Source of the DNA: Zygophlyctis sp. KS116
Taxonomy: Eukaryota > Fungi > Chytridiomycota
Length of the DNA: 7,164 bases
Assembly: GCA_054661495.1 (NCBI GenBank)
Contig: BAAFSQ010000416.1
Location: 1 to 7,164 of the forward strand
Reading direction: 5' to 3'
This document shows positions 6,649-7,164 of the stretch, in pieces. Each line of letters starts with the position of its first letter. Positions within the stretch are counted from its first letter, which is position 1. Both the position numbers and the translations under genes were made by a program. The notes under the pieces are model-generated. The model did no database searches, was not told the DNA's origin, and was given only the letters and a program-made list of their open reading frames with translations.

Positions 6649-6790
6649 ATAAATCTTTTGAATTTTTACTCTCTTTATCCTTGATTATTACTTGCAGACT
6701 GACTTGATGATTGAAAAAAGATGATAATCTCCAATAAGTAAAGCAGATGTGTCGCATTCTTAAAGAGCAAATACAGACTGCCAAAAACTC
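6649..6790 (+). pseudogene. Secreted-family copy 3, heavily eroded relic
   Basis: The start is mutated to ATA (6649). CTCTCTTTATCCTTGATTA and ATTGAAAAAAGA match the copy 1 signal/pro region, with small indels and GGA>TGA right after KR. 6765-6788 matches copy 1 5949-5972 at 20 of 24 nt. Confidence 0.75.
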
Positions 6791-7090
6791 ATTGTATCAT
6801 TAATCAAGTAATACGTTTGTACACGTTGCGTTTTCTTCTCACAAAAATTCCACATGATTCCCCTGCAAAGAGTTTTGTTGGCAAAGTCTCTATTCATGGG
6901 TGTGGACATGTGGATGACTTTATGGAAATCCTCTGAAATTATTTATCGCTATGAGTGATTCGAGTCCAGTACATTGTTTAAAGCTTTTCGCCTTTTCAAT
7001 CTATTAGGATGCACTGCTTACTGGTTTTTGGGACGCCGTTAAAAAGAAGTTGTTGTTTAGTAAAATATGATACTGATCGGGCTGTTCTCA

Positions 7091-7164
7091 ATTTGGATAT
7101 ATCATGTTTCAGACATGCGACATGTTCTTGCCCCTGATGGATGCCGCTACCTCCTACTAAAAAT
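7091..7164 (+). promoter_or_regulatory. Upstream element of a probable fourth family copy starting at the window edge
   Basis: GCCCCTGATGGATGCCGCTAC...ACTAAAAAT (7130-7164) matches GCCCCTGATGGTTGCCGCTAT...ACTTAAATG (6267-6301). Confidence 0.6.

Noticed and set aside
1-7164. CRISPR array, tRNA or rRNA genes
   Set aside because: No regularly spaced short repeats or recognisable structural-RNA signatures were seen by eye.

Overview
AT-rich, gene-dense, apparently intronless eukaryotic DNA, most consistent with an early-diverging (chytrid-like) fungus; the taxon is an inference. From left to right: (1) two tandem minus-strand Crinkler/CR-type genes with a ubiquitin-like header, a P-loop NTPase and a probable REase-like C-terminus, one complete (776-2968) and one running off the left edge (620 to <1, missed by the ORF track); (2) a degenerate MpaB'/DUF2236 oxygenase-like gene; (3) the queuosine salvage gene QNG1; (4) a tandem array of an unrecognised secreted-protein family (signal peptide plus Kex2 KR site), made of one intact copy, one frameshifted copy, one eroded relic and the upstream element of a probable fourth copy. 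The most notable observation is that both Crinkler-like proteins begin with what looks like a mitochondrial targeting presequence (MLR...R-x-Y|S) instead of a secretion signal. The two copies are also a mosaic: a 214-bp identical tract abuts an in-frame 49-bp block that is about 50% divergent. All alignments and counts were done by eye and no database searches were run.
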